The translations under genes were made by a program, and so were the position numbers. Below, in pieces: positions 54,922-64,000 of a stretch of 64,000 bases of DNA. The DNA comes from Candidatus Woesearchaeota archaeon UBA525 (GTDB lineage Archaea; Nanobdellota; Nanobdellia; Woesearchaeales; UBA525), in NCBI GenBank assembly GCA_002498125.1, contig DAGG01000029.1:898-64897 (forward strand), written 5' to 3'. The first letter of the stretch is position 1, and each line of letters opens with the position of its first letter. The notes under the pieces were generated by a model that had not been told where the DNA came from, did not search any database, and worked only from the letters and a program-made list of their open reading frames with translations.

Positions 54922-55520
54922 AGCAGACCGATAGAACGCAGGTCTGTCTTGAGCTGCGCAGCGTCCCTAAAATGAATCCCTCGCATGCCGACAGCGACGG
55001 CCGCATCGACGTTCTCCTGCGCATCATCGATGAATAGGCATTCACCCGTATCCACACCGAGACGCTGCAGCGCCTTTCGGTATATCTCATGGCCGGGCTT
55101 TGCGGAGCCGAGCTCCCATGAGGTGAGCACCTCATCGAACAGCACGTAGTCGCCGCGCAACCGGCAGGATTCGGTGTCGAGCTCGATGACGTTCGTGAGC
55201 GCGACGACCCTTCGGCCCTCCTTGAGCGTCTTTATGATTGCGAGCACATCCTCGTCGACAGTGATAGACTCGTAGAACGCTTCGCGCCACTTCTCTTTTA
55301 GCAGCGTAGGCGAGATGTTCAGCGCAACCGCTATGTGATCGAGCAACTCCTCTGCAGATATCTTGCCCACGATCGCCTTGTCTATGACCGCACCCTTCGC
55401 CTGGAAGAACATGTGGCCGTCGATGTTGAGCTTGTGCACGAGGTCCTCATAGAAGCGATGGATACTGCCCCTCATGAGCACACCACCAATGTCGAAGATG
55501 ACTGTAGTGATTTCCGACAA
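54918..55520 (-). CDS. HAD-superfamily hydrolase
   Basis: VIFDIGGVL (motif I, DxG). The start is taken as TTG at 55520, giving (M)SEITTVIFD. The ORF track extends to 55616, overlapping the upstream gene by 92 nt. Confidence 0.55.
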   Translation of the reverse strand: MSEITTVIFDIGGVLMRGSIHRFYEDLVHKLNIDGHMFFQAKGAVIDKAIVGKISAEELLDHIAVALNISPTLLKEKWREAFYESITVDEDVLAIIKTLKEGRRVVALTNVIELDTESCRLRGDYVLFDEVLTSWELGSAKPGHEIYRKALQRLGVDTGECLFIDDAQENVDAAVAVGMRGIHFRDAAQLKTDLRSIGLL

Positions 55521-55524
55521 GCGA

Positions 55525-56493
55525 TCACCTCTCCAGGAGCGCGATGTAGAACCCTTCCATGCCAGTCTTATGCGGCCAGAAGCGGCGTGTGCCTGCGACT
55601 GACGGATCCATGTCATGTCCTTCCCAATGAGTCGCGCCGTGATCGCCCATAGGTAAGTTGAGCGGAATCACCTTGAGACCGGGGAACTTCTTGATCGCCC
55701 AATCAATAATGAGCTCGTCCTCCTCAGGCTCGAGACTGCACGTGCTATAAACCATACGTCCACCAGGTTCGAGGCAGAGATATGCTGCACGGATCAGCTC
55801 ACGCTGCGTACGCGCGTTGTTCTTGATGTCCTGCATCGTGCGCTTGCCGAACCAGCTGTCCTCGCTGCAGAAGTTTCCGCTGCACGGCGCGTCGAGGAGG
55901 ACATAGGGGAACGTGGTCTTCAGGTCGTTCGCGAAGCGTGCGTCCTTTTTCACGCAGACCACATTCGTGAGTCCCATGCGCTCGACGTTATTGCGGACAC
56001 TCGCAAGACGCATCGCATCGTTGTCGAGCGCAATCACCATGCCACCCTTGACGAGCGTCGCGAGGTAGGTGGTCTTCCCGCCAGGTGCCGATGCCATGTC
56101 CAGCACCTTGCTGCCGGGCTTAGGGTCGAGCACCTCGACAGCTAACTGCGAGAGCGGCGCCTGGATGTAGTAATGACCGAGGAGGTATTCAGGTGTCGAT
56201 CCCATCGAGAAAGATGACTGCGTGAAGTAGCCGTGCTTCAGGAACTCGATCTTCTTAAGAAATGCCGCACGCGAGTTCAGCTTCGCGATGAGCGCATCCG
56301 CTGTAGTGCGCAGCGTATTGATGCGTATCGCCTGCTCCGGAGTGCGCTCGATGATGCGTGCCGTCGGGTCTATCTCCCGGTAGCGCTTGAGGAAGAACTC
56401 TCCAGTATCACGGTGCTGCGGCGCCTCAGCCTCGTCCACCTCAACATACGCCTGCCCTTTTTCCTGGAGGTCGTTATCGTGGCGCTTCTTCAC
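55525..56493 (-). CDS. NOL1/NOP2/Sun-family RNA cytosine-C5 methyltransferase
   Basis: VLDMASAPGGKT, DAPCSG and the catalytic TCS. Confidence 0.85.
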   Translation of the reverse strand: MKKRHDNDLQEKGQAYVEVDEAEAPQHRDTGEFFLKRYREIDPTARIIERTPEQAIRINTLRTTADALIAKLNSRAAFLKKIEFLKHGYFTQSSFSMGSTPEYLLGHYYIQAPLSQLAVEVLDPKPGSKVLDMASAPGGKTTYLATLVKGGMVIALDNDAMRLASVRNNVERMGLTNVVCVKKDARFANDLKTTFPYVLLDAPCSGNFCSEDSWFGKRTMQDIKNNARTQRELIRAAYLCLEPGGRMVYSTCSLEPEEDELIIDWAIKKFPGLKVIPLNLPMGDHGATHWEGHDMDPSVAGTRRFWPHKTGMEGFYIALLER

Positions 56494-57581
56494 TCGTCCA
56501 CCTCGACCTCGACCTCGCCGGTCGCGCCGTTGTACGAAATCACCTGCGGGAAGCGCTTGAGCGCTGCGGCGATGTCCTGTTTATGCTCGCGAGCCTCACG
56601 GGCGGCGTTAACTATCTCCTGGAAAATCAAGTACTCCTCGTATATGCGCTCGCCCTTGTGCTGCTCAACAGTGGCGTCACGCTCGAACTTCGCTATCTGC
56701 TTGCGCTGCGCGTCGATCATGGTCTGGAGCTTGTTCTTCGGCGCTGCGCGCTCGCGCTGCTTGACCGCCTGTACATCGATTATCTCACTGGGCACGACCG
56801 ATGCCATCGCCGCGAGGAATGATGTCTCCTCACACGGCGTGACCTCGCGGCTCTGGAGCCTGAACGGGTAGACACGCTTGCCGTCAGTGTGCGCAGCGAG
56901 TGGCTGGCTGAGAACTTCGCGGACCGCGGCGACGACCTGCTTGACCTCTGCGACTGAGAGGTCGTTGCGCTGCTTCGCAATTCCTGCACGGTTGAGCGCC
57001 TCCTCTGCGTAGATGCCGCCGAGGCCGAGCGTCATAGCGAGCGCTGTAACGATGCTGTCACGCGTACTCACCACGATCCTGTCGACGAGCTCTTCATCTG
57101 ATACGCGCGGGACGTCGAAAGCAGCGGGCGGCGCGACATAGGGCTGCCTCGGCCGCAGCTGGCGGTCCTTGAACTGCTGCATCTCCAGCAGGTTGATGAT
57201 GCGTCCTTCAGTATCGAGGAGCAACATGTTGCCTGGCGGGATGAGCTCAATGACGAGCGTAGTAGTGGCAGCCTTGGTCTCGAAGTCTATCTCCAGAATG
57301 CGGTCGAATCCGCGCTGACGCACCTCCTTGATGCGCGCTCCACCTAGATGCTTGCGTAGAAACATGGCGAAACCCGGTGGTGTCTGCGGGTAAGCCGGCT
57401 TCTCCTTCGTCGTGTAGACGAGGCCTGGTAGGAAGCGGAGGTGAATCTTCGGCACGTCGCGCAGGTAGAGCGTGAAGAGGACATCCTTCTTGCTCGATCC
57501 TTGGTATATCTTCTCCACCTTCGCTCCTTGGAGCTGCAGCTCCTGCGCTGCGTAGTGGAGGTCGACGCCTGATAGTTCCAT
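56490..57581 (-). CDS. NFACT-N domain protein (FbpA/Tae2/RqcH-like N-terminal module only)
   Basis: MELSGVDLHYAAQELQ...GARIKEVRQ...RILEIDFE matches the NFACT-N pattern. At 363 aa it is shorter than full-length archaeal homologs. Confidence 0.55.
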   Translation of the reverse strand: MELSGVDLHYAAQELQLQGAKVEKIYQGSSKKDVLFTLYLRDVPKIHLRFLPGLVYTTKEKPAYPQTPPGFAMFLRKHLGGARIKEVRQRGFDRILEIDFETKAATTTLVIELIPPGNMLLLDTEGRIINLLEMQQFKDRQLRPRQPYVAPPAAFDVPRVSDEELVDRIVVSTRDSIVTALAMTLGLGGIYAEEALNRAGIAKQRNDLSVAEVKQVVAAVREVLSQPLAAHTDGKRVYPFRLQSREVTPCEETSFLAAMASVVPSEIIDVQAVKQRERAAPKNKLQTMIDAQRKQIAKFERDATVEQHKGERIYEEYLIFQEIVNAAREAREHKQDIAAALKRFPQVISYNGATGEVEVEVDE

Positions 57582-57605
57582 GATTCCGAGAAGGCCGGCT
57601 GCGTT

Positions 57606-58244
57606 TTAAACGTGTCGGAGACGGTCAGCGATTACGTACAGCGATTTCGCAGAGATGGTTGGCTTGGCTATCCTGTGCGTAGGCCAGTCAGGACGGTCTA
57701 TGAGCGCCGTGAGCATGCCGAGCTTCATACCCTCCAAGATCTCTTCCTCAATCCTGTCGCCTATGACAAGGCATTCCTTTGGCTTCACCTTGAAGTCCTT
57801 GAGCACCTGTTTTAGTGCGGCCTCCTTCTTCTCCATTGTCGGCACGTAGTAGATGCGCTTGAAACGCTTGGCGATGCCGAGGTGACGTATCTTTGCTGCC
57901 TGCAGTTTCTTGTCGCCGCGCGTGACGAGAACTTTAGGAATGTCGAGGTCGAGGATTGCTTTGGCGTCGCTGTAGAGCTTGAGGTGCTTCACATCGAGAT
58001 CATCATAAGCTTGCATCGCCGCCAGCTGCGCCTCAGTAGGGAGTTTCGCCTGCTCAAGCGTGGTCTTGAAGCTCTGCTTGCCGAGCTTCCTCTTGAATAC
58101 TGCCGCTTGCGTGGTGTAGCCACGTTTCTCCAGCGTCTTCACGACAGACTCCCACTGCCGCTTGCTCAACGTATGAAAGGTGTCGCAAATTGTGTTATCC
58201 ATATCGACTATCAGAATCTTGACTCCACGCATGCTCACCATCAA
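57606..58244 (-). CDS. HAD-superfamily hydrolase
   Basis: ILIVDMDNTI (DxDxT motif I) and LVIGDR (motif IV). Confidence 0.7.
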   Translation of the reverse strand: MMVSMRGVKILIVDMDNTICDTFHTLSKRQWESVVKTLEKRGYTTQAAVFKRKLGKQSFKTTLEQAKLPTEAQLAAMQAYDDLDVKHLKLYSDAKAILDLDIPKVLVTRGDKKLQAAKIRHLGIAKRFKRIYYVPTMEKKEAALKQVLKDFKVKPKECLVIGDRIEEEILEGMKLGMLTALIDRPDWPTHRIAKPTISAKSLYVIADRLRHV

Positions 58245-58729
58245 TGAGATTGTCTGGAGAAAGAGTTAAGAGCTTTTCGGTCGACGACCTCTATCTGCTC
58301 GTAGATGTTCTCGATGAGATCATACCGCTTCGCCTCCTCTAAGTTCACCCAGGCATGGCTCACGAGTTCGTCTTGCTGTAGCACCACCTCTCCGCTCTCC
58401 CACTCGGCGTTGAGACTCACGATAATCGTAGAAAAGCCGTTGGGCCGCAGAAGCGCGAGGTTAGAGACATAGCCGATGCCCTTAATGCGTAGGCCTGTCT
58501 CCTCAAGGATCTCTTTGCGCAACACACGCTCGAAGACGCCGAACCAATGGTCCTGCGTGTCCTTGGGCAGACTGGTAAAGTCGCTCTGTTGGACCTTGCC
58601 GCCCGGCACGCACCATTTTCCGGGGAATATCCGCTCCTTGTCGCTGCGCCTGCAGATGAGGTACTTGTCCCCTTTCCTGATGATGCCCGTCACTGCGATG
58701 TAATGCGCTTTCTCCTTGAGATCGTCCAT
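58241..58729 (-). CDS. Nudix hydrolase
   Basis: Nudix box RKEILEETGL. Confidence 0.75.
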   Translation of the reverse strand: MDDLKEKAHYIAVTGIIRKGDKYLICRRSDKERIFPGKWCVPGGKVQQSDFTSLPKDTQDHWFGVFERVLRKEILEETGLRIKGIGYVSNLALLRPNGFSTIIVSLNAEWESGEVVLQQDELVSHAWVNLEEAKRYDLIENIYEQIEVVDRKALNSFSRQSH

Positions 58730-58795
58730 GTGTTACCTCCATCTGCTGTCGTCCCGGGAATCTATTTAAGGAGTTCCTCGACTCTTCTCGAGTAG

Positions 58796-59452
58796 ATGGG
58801 AACTAAAAAGGAACGACAGGACATCTTCAAGCTCTTCCTCGAGCACCACAAACTACGTTTCAACGAGATAGAGAAACGCATGACGCTGCGCTCGAACATG
58901 GTCGCGTACCATCTCGAACAGATGCGCAAGGAAGGACTGCTCGAGAAGAAAGGTGAGTTCTACAAGCTCACCGCTGCCGGCGAGCGGGCGCTCCCGCGTT
59001 TTCCCCATGATGAATCGCCATTGCCCGTCGTGCTCGTAGCGCCAGTGAAGCGCGGTAAGGTGCTGCTCATCAAGCGTTCGAAACGCCCGTACCAGGGCTA
59101 CTGGGGCCTTATCGGAGGCAAAGTTCGTTTCGGCGAAACGTTCACCGATGCCGCTTCGCGGCTTGTGCGCGAGAAAGCACGCGCCGAAGCGTCGGGTATA
59201 AAGCTGTGCGCGATGATGCGTGAGCACGTCATGGACGCAGGGACACTCAAGCACGACTTCCTGCTCTTCCTCACGAGATCACGGATTGGCGATGTCAAGG
59301 AGACTGATGTGAAGCGCTGGTTCAGCGCAAGTGCACTGAAGAAAGAACGCATCATACCATCAGACCTGAGGCTTATCGCGATGCTCTCGCAGACAGTCGA
59401 TGTGGAAGAGATAGTTCTCGAAGATATTGACGGAGAGCTACTGCTTCGGTAG
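58796..59452 (+). CDS. wHTH + Nudix fusion protein (NrtR-like regulator with inverted domain order)
   Basis: N-terminal wHTH (FNEIEKRMTLRSNMVAYHLEQMRKEGLL). C-terminal Nudix fold (GYWGLIGGKVRFGET...REKA). Confidence 0.6.
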   Translation: MGTKKERQDIFKLFLEHHKLRFNEIEKRMTLRSNMVAYHLEQMRKEGLLEKKGEFYKLTAAGERALPRFPHDESPLPVVLVAPVKRGKVLLIKRSKRPYQGYWGLIGGKVRFGETFTDAASRLVREKARAEASGIKLCAMMREHVMDAGTLKHDFLLFLTRSRIGDVKETDVKRWFSASALKKERIIPSDLRLIAMLSQTVDVEEIVLEDIDGELLLR

Positions 59453-60424
59453 CAGCCTTATCGTCTCCTCTATCGCCGCAGCGAGTTTCTTTGGATCGTG
59501 GCGCGCGAAGCTCGGCTTGCCGTGCTTGACAAAGCTCTCGCGCGGCACGAAGTCACCGGTAACGACGAGGAGATCATCCTTGGTCTCGAGGTCGCACTCT
59601 ACCGGCGCTGCCTTTTCTGCAGCGTAAGGAACGAGTTGCTCAACAGGGAATGCGCCTGTGTTGCATATCACCGCGTCGAGCTTGACACCATCGAGCGCCT
59701 GCTGGATCATCTCGCGGAAGTCCGACGCCTTGAAGCCGTCGGTGTCGCCGTGCTTGGTCATAGTGTTCACTACGAGGACGATTCTCGCGCCGCGGCCCTT
59801 GGCTTCGCGCAGCGTCTCCACCATACCCGCGACAAGGATATTCGGGAGAAGGCTGTTGTGCAGTCCGCCCGGTCCGATGATGATGTAGTCCGCTTCGGCG
59901 AACGTCTTGCGCGTGGGTGGGAAGAGGAACGGCTGCGGCTCGAGCCCGACACGCGTTATGCGCCGTCCGCCATGCTCTGGAGTGAAGAGCTTACCTTCTC
60001 CGCGCAAGATAGTACCGTCCTCGAGCTGCGCTACGACGTGCGCGTCATCCACTGTGACGGGGTAGACGCTGCCGCGCAGGTGGAGGATACGCTCCATTGC
60101 TTTGATCGCCTCAAACTCATCGCCGTGGAGGTTTTTGAGTGCAGTGAGGAGCATGTTGCCCACCACGTGGCCGTCGAGGCTGCCGTTTGTGAAGCGGTGT
60201 TGCATGAGCTGGCGCAGCTCGATACTCGCGTCGCTGAGCGCGACGAGGCACTGGCGGACGTCGCCTGGCGGCAGGTAGCCGTACTCGTCGCGCAGTTGAC
60301 CGCTGTTACTGCCCGAGTCCATCATCGTGACGACTGCGGCCAGCTCTGCCCCAGGGAGGTGGACTTTCAACCCTGAGAGCATTGCGTGTAGGCCTGTGCC
60401 GCCGCCGATGCATACGATCTTCAT
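59438..60424 (-). CDS. CofD/YvcK-family protein (UPF0052; LPPG transferase-like)
   Basis: KIVCIGGGTGL at the N-terminus and LPPGDVRQCLVAL. Confidence 0.7.
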   Translation of the reverse strand: MKIVCIGGGTGLHAMLSGLKVHLPGAELAAVVTMMDSGSNSGQLRDEYGYLPPGDVRQCLVALSDASIELRQLMQHRFTNGSLDGHVVGNMLLTALKNLHGDEFEAIKAMERILHLRGSVYPVTVDDAHVVAQLEDGTILRGEGKLFTPEHGGRRITRVGLEPQPFLFPPTRKTFAEADYIIIGPGGLHNSLLPNILVAGMVETLREAKGRGARIVLVVNTMTKHGDTDGFKASDFREMIQQALDGVKLDAVICNTGAFPVEQLVPYAAEKAAPVECDLETKDDLLVVTGDFVPRESFVKHGKPSFARHDPKKLAAAIEETIRLLPKQ

Positions 60425-60518
60425 CTGGCAGGCGACGACACTGCGCTATATAATCATTATTAAGAAAACTTTAGTAGTACTACAAAATTATTTATAGTAG
60501 TTTGTTCTTGAGCACTGT

Positions 60519-61418
60519 ATGCAGATCACCGACGGGACGCTCGCAGTAGCTTGCGCAGAGCTCTCGCCCCAAGAGATGAAGGCAACAACAAGCGGCCTCG
60601 CTGCGAGGATCCTCGCTTTGCTCGGTAGGGAGGTGATGCACTCATCGGAGATAGCCAAGCGCCTCGGCGTGCACGAGCAGAAGGTGTACTACCACACCCG
60701 CCGCATGATCAAGGCGGGCATCATCAAGGTCGACCACACCACTGACGCTCGCGGCGGGACAGCAAAGGTACTCGCGCTCGCAGCTCCGGCGTTCGCTGTG
60801 CGCTTCGGGAAGATGGAACCGCTTGCGCGGACCGCGGTCTACTTACCTGAGCACGTCGCCTACCTGCACCCGTTCATCACCGACGGCAGGCTGCGCGCGC
60901 GCATCGTCGTAGGTAGCCCTGATCCTCACGGTCCTGAACACGCGCGCAGCCGCGACGCAAACTACGCCATCGACCTGGGCCTGTTCCTGGGCACCTACCT
61001 GACGACAAGGGCAGCGCCTTCAGTCCTGCTTGACACAGAGCTACGGGACTGGAACCAGGATCTCATCATCATCGGCGGACCGGTAGTGAACAAAGCGGCA
61101 GACCGGGTGAATGCGAAGTGCCCAGCACGCTATGACAAGGAACTCAAGAGCTTCATCGTCGCGGGGAGGAACTACGGCAGCGACTCTACCGGCGTCATCG
61201 CGCGCATGCCTAACCCCTACGCACGCGGCAAATGGATACTGTACATCGCAGGCAAGAGACACAGCGGGACAAGGGCTGCGGTGCTCGCATTCCTCACCTC
61301 ATTCGATAAGGTATGCTCAAGTCCCGAAGATGACGGCGCGCGCGTGACTGTAGTCGAGGGAGTGGATGCAGACAGCGACGGGATAGTGGATGATGTGAAA
61401 TTCATGGTGATACGATGA
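60519..61418 (+). CDS. wHTH-domain protein (ArsR/MarR-like N-terminus) with unknown C-terminal domain
   Basis: ARILALLGREVMHSSEIAKRLGVHEQKVYYHTRRMIKAGII. Confidence 0.45.
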   Translation: MQITDGTLAVACAELSPQEMKATTSGLAARILALLGREVMHSSEIAKRLGVHEQKVYYHTRRMIKAGIIKVDHTTDARGGTAKVLALAAPAFAVRFGKMEPLARTAVYLPEHVAYLHPFITDGRLRARIVVGSPDPHGPEHARSRDANYAIDLGLFLGTYLTTRAAPSVLLDTELRDWNQDLIIIGGPVVNKAADRVNAKCPARYDKELKSFIVAGRNYGSDSTGVIARMPNPYARGKWILYIAGKRHSGTRAAVLAFLTSFDKVCSSPEDDGARVTVVEGVDADSDGIVDDVKFMVIR

Positions 61419-61990
61419 AGTCCGATGTAGCGAAGAAGTACGAGTTCCTCAAGACTGTTGGGAACCTCAAGCGCGTAGCGCGCGCAGGATGGGTCCTCAA
61501 AGGCATCCACGACGCAGAATCAGTAGCAGAGCATGATTTTCGCACCGCCATACTCGCGGAGATCTACGCAAAGGAGCCGCTCGATGCGCGCAAGATAGTA
61601 CTGACCGCTTTGCTCAACGACGTCGCCCAGTCGAGATCAGGAGATATCATCTGGGAGCACGGCAAGCAGCAGGATGTCCGCGCCGCCAATGTGAAGGCCA
61701 ATGAAGAGCTGCGCATCGCCGAGTCCATGCTCGATCTTGTTGAACGTCCCGACCTCAAGCAGCTCCTGAAGGAGTACATCATGCAGTCGACGCCAGAGGC
61801 AAGGTTCGTGAAGGAACTGGACAAAATAGAGATGGTGCTCCAAGCGCTCGAGTACGAAGCGGAGATAGTCAACCCACAGGAGCTACGGGAGTTCTGGGAG
61901 AACGCGGAACGCTACATTGAGACACCTGAACTCAAAGAGCTGTTCGCTTACCTCAAGACACAAAGCCAGATCCGTTTCACCGATAGATAA
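61415..61990 (+). CDS. HD-domain phosphohydrolase (YfbR/HDDC2-like 5'-deoxynucleotidase)
   Basis: RAGW...ESVAEHDF...LNDV HD motif. 4-nt overlap with the upstream gene. Confidence 0.7.
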   Translation: MKSDVAKKYEFLKTVGNLKRVARAGWVLKGIHDAESVAEHDFRTAILAEIYAKEPLDARKIVLTALLNDVAQSRSGDIIWEHGKQQDVRAANVKANEELRIAESMLDLVERPDLKQLLKEYIMQSTPEARFVKELDKIEMVLQALEYEAEIVNPQELREFWENAERYIETPELKELFAYLKTQSQIRFTDR

Positions 61991-62897
61991 TCGCTATCTT
62001 CGCGTACTGCTCTGCGGCGGATCCGATGTTCGAGAGCGCACCATAGACCAGGGCCTCGTTGCCGTCTTCAGACTGCCTCGCAAGTGCCTTGCAGTGCTCG
62101 GTCTGGGATTGTATGAGGAGGAAGTGATCATACTTCTCCCCTACAATGAACGCCTCAATGTTCTGGCGCAGCATGCTGAACTGGCTGAGGAGCCCTTGCA
62201 CCACATCTGATCCGAGATACTTCGCAGAGGTCAGAAACTCCTTCACCGCCCGCGCAATATCGAGGAGCTGGTTGCTCATGAGTACGTAGGACATCTCGCT
62301 CTTGGTAATCGAGGTCATCCTCATGGCTTTGGCTACGATGAGCGTGTTCTGCCTGTAGGTGCCGTCGATGAAGTTCGCGAGCGTGAGCAGGTTCATCTGC
62401 AACGGGTTGGAGAGCAAGGATTCTATCTCGCGCAGGAGCGTGGTGACGATGAGTTTCTGCTTCTGCAGTAGGTGCGCGTAGGTCACTGACTGGACATCGA
62501 AGTAGTTCCTGTACGCGATCTTCTTGTCGGCGAACTCTTCAAGCTCGAGTCCTGGGAAGAGCGGCATGATGTTCCTCAGCTTCTCCTGGAGCCGCTCGAT
62601 TCCTTTCGCGTGCAGCCATATCACTGTTGCTCCGGAGATGTATGCTTTGAAGAGCTCGAGGCCCAGTGTGCCGGGGGGGAGCGTCTCAGCCTCAATCACC
62701 TGGCTGTTCTGCTCCTCAGCCTTGGATGCGTGCGGTTTGATGATGAGAAGATCCCCCTCCTCCTGTACTGCGACGATGTCCTGCTTGCGCAGCTTGTGCC
62801 GCTTTACCCAGTCTATCGGCAGTGATATGGTGAAAGAGGTCTGCCCCGACTTGATGAGCTTCCGGAATTCCACCACAACACAACGAAATACATACAT
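61977..62897 (-). CDS. PhoU-like regulator with N-terminal AbrB/SpoVT DNA-binding domain
   Basis: TISLPIDWVKRHKLRKQDIV (swapped-hairpin AbrB fold) followed by an ~250-aa helical PhoU-like domain. Confidence 0.55.
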   Translation of the reverse strand: MYVFRCVVVEFRKLIKSGQTSFTISLPIDWVKRHKLRKQDIVAVQEEGDLLIIKPHASKAEEQNSQVIEAETLPPGTLGLELFKAYISGATVIWLHAKGIERLQEKLRNIMPLFPGLELEEFADKKIAYRNYFDVQSVTYAHLLQKQKLIVTTLLREIESLLSNPLQMNLLTLANFIDGTYRQNTLIVAKAMRMTSITKSEMSYVLMSNQLLDIARAVKEFLTSAKYLGSDVVQGLLSQFSMLRQNIEAFIVGEKYDHFLLIQSQTEHCKALARQSEDGNEALVYGALSNIGSAAEQYAKIAIIYR

Positions 62898-62975
62898 TAT
62901 ATACTTATCGTTCTGTCAGTACCTAAAGTCTATATCTGCGACCAGCATACCCCCGGAAAAGATGCGGGGGATCAC

Positions 62976-63413
62976 ATGAAAACCACGGACATGAAAATCA
63001 TGCAGCACATCAGGCAGAACGCACGCATGAACCTCACCGCCATCAGCCGCAAGACCGGCATCCCGGTGAGCACGATCTTCGACAGGCTCCAGGCCCACGA
63101 AGGAAGCTTCATCACGAAGTTCACCGCACTCGTGGACTTCGCCAAGCTCGGGTTCCCTGTGCGGGCGAACGTGTTCCTCAAGGTGGACCCGCAATCGCGC
63201 GACGGCATCAGGAACCACCTCCTCGTGCATCAGAGCGTGAACAACCTCTACAGAATCAACAACGGTTACGACTTCGCAGCCGAGTGTGTGTTCACGAGCA
63301 TTAAGGAGGTCGAAGAGTTCGTGGAGGCCCTAGAGATGCAGTTCAAGGTGCTCGACAAGCACGTCTTCCACATCATTGATGATATCGCAAGGGAGAAAGT
63401 GCTGACGGTCTGA
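62976..63413 (+). CDS. lrp: Lrp/AsnC-family transcriptional regulator
   Basis: N-terminal HTH (MKIMQHIRQNARMNLTAISRKTGIPVSTIFDRL) plus a C-terminal RAM domain. Confidence 0.85.
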   Translation: MKTTDMKIMQHIRQNARMNLTAISRKTGIPVSTIFDRLQAHEGSFITKFTALVDFAKLGFPVRANVFLKVDPQSRDGIRNHLLVHQSVNNLYRINNGYDFAAECVFTSIKEVEEFVEALEMQFKVLDKHVFHIIDDIAREKVLTV

Positions 63414-63806
63414 CTACCAGGTCTCAACAGTCAAGCCATCGATGCCTGCGAAGTGCTTCTTGTTTCGCGTGATGATGCGCTCGTTCTCTGCGATGCAGGA
63501 TGCTGCGATGAACACGTCGACGACACCAGAAGGGGTTCCGCTGCGCTGCTGCATCGCGAACAGCATACCAGCGATACTCGCGGCATGCGCATCAAACACG
63601 ATAATCTGAACAGATGAGAGGACATCCTGTACCTGTATAACGGCGACGGCAGGAGAGTCGGAGAGCTGTGCTCCTTTGAGCAGCTCGAAGACAGTGAAGG
63701 AGGTTGTGCGTAAAGGTTCTTGCCGCTCCAAGGAGGTGATTTTCGCCCTCGCCTCAGGGTTATCACGCAAGAGCCCGACAAGCACATCGGTATCAAGCAC
63801 TACCAT
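63414..63806 (-). CDS. vapC: PIN-domain toxin VapC
   Basis: MVVLDTDVL...FELLKGA...AASCIAENERIITRNKKHF carries the PIN acidic residues. Its start overlaps the upstream antitoxin stop. Confidence 0.75.
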   Translation of the reverse strand: MVVLDTDVLVGLLRDNPEARAKITSLERQEPLRTTSFTVFELLKGAQLSDSPAVAVIQVQDVLSSVQIIVFDAHAASIAGMLFAMQQRSGTPSGVVDVFIAASCIAENERIITRNKKHFAGIDGLTVETW

Positions 63807-64000
63807 GTGCGCTCCTTGGTCTCGTGGCGCTCTTCAAGTATCTTCTCGAAAATCTCATCGAACCGAGGATCCTTCCATATACCAGCGTATGCCGAGAGCG
63901 GCTTGCGGTTCTCCAGAAGACGAAGGATTGTCTTGCTGAAAGAGTCCTTCCCCTTCAACCTTGAAAGCTTCTCATATGCCTCGTCCGAGAGCGAGATGAT
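63800..64000 (-). CDS. vapB: VapB-like antitoxin (partial, runs off the window edge)
   Basis: Minus-strand frame ...ISLSDEAYEKLSRLKGKDSFSKTILRLLENRKPL...TW*. 4-nt overlap with the vapC start. Confidence 0.5.
   Translation of the reverse strand: MISLSDEAYEKLSRLKGKDSFSKTILRLLENRKPLSAYAGIWKDPRFDEIFEKILEERHETKERTW

Noticed and set aside
1-64000. CRISPR arrays, integrases, transposases
   Set aside because: No regularly spaced direct repeats were seen, and no ORF shows integrase or transposase motifs. The only toxin-antitoxin pair is VapBC at the 3' edge.

Overview
This 64-kb window is high-GC archaeal chromosomal DNA. Archaeal identity rests on the ribosomal protein / RNA polymerase cluster rps13-rps4-rps11-rpoD-tRNA(Leu)-rpl18e-rpl13-rps9-rpoN, an archaeal-type leucyl-tRNA synthetase, an intron-containing tRNA-Trp, a stand-alone 5S rRNA and a type-A-like RNase P RNA. 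Most intergenic regions carry an A/T-rich TATA-like element about 23-31 nt upstream of the predicted start codon, which suggests predominantly leaderless transcripts. Positions 1-9000 form a cell-surface glycan island: an SDR epimerase, two FkbM methyltransferases, three other SAM methyltransferases, two GT2 glycosyltransferases and a MOP/Wzx-type flippase, with the 5S rRNA embedded in it. The rest is a mix of housekeeping genes (YchF-like GTPase, TrmA-like and Nop2/Sun RNA methyltransferases, HAD, Nudix, HD and CBS proteins, a presenilin-like protease, Lrp, VapBC) and several unusual loci. (1) A minus-strand operon encodes a tandem pair of paralogous small radical-SAM enzymes (CxxxCxxC; QueE/NrdG/viperin-like) followed by an AAA_28 P-loop kinase-like ATPase. 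It is convergent with an ABC exporter and sits next to two unknown proteins. (2) A four-gene surface operon includes a 946-aa CARDB-repeat protein whose tail, after the transmembrane region, carries an Ada-type zinc-binding domain. The first gene of that operon, and a paralog elsewhere, carry thrombospondin-type-3 calcium-binding repeats. (3) Two paralogous secreted proteins have beta-strand-like C-terminal regions ending in aromatic-Arg-Phe, which resembles bacterial outer-membrane beta-barrels. Next to them is a giant single-pass Ser/Thr/Pro-rich surface protein, transcribed divergently from a HerA/FtsK-superfamily ATPase and an HPr-like small protein. No CRISPR array, integrase or obvious transposon was seen. 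Functional calls are by motif recognition from the translated ORF track only. Coordinates of RNA genes and promoters were indexed by hand and may be off by 1-2 nt.
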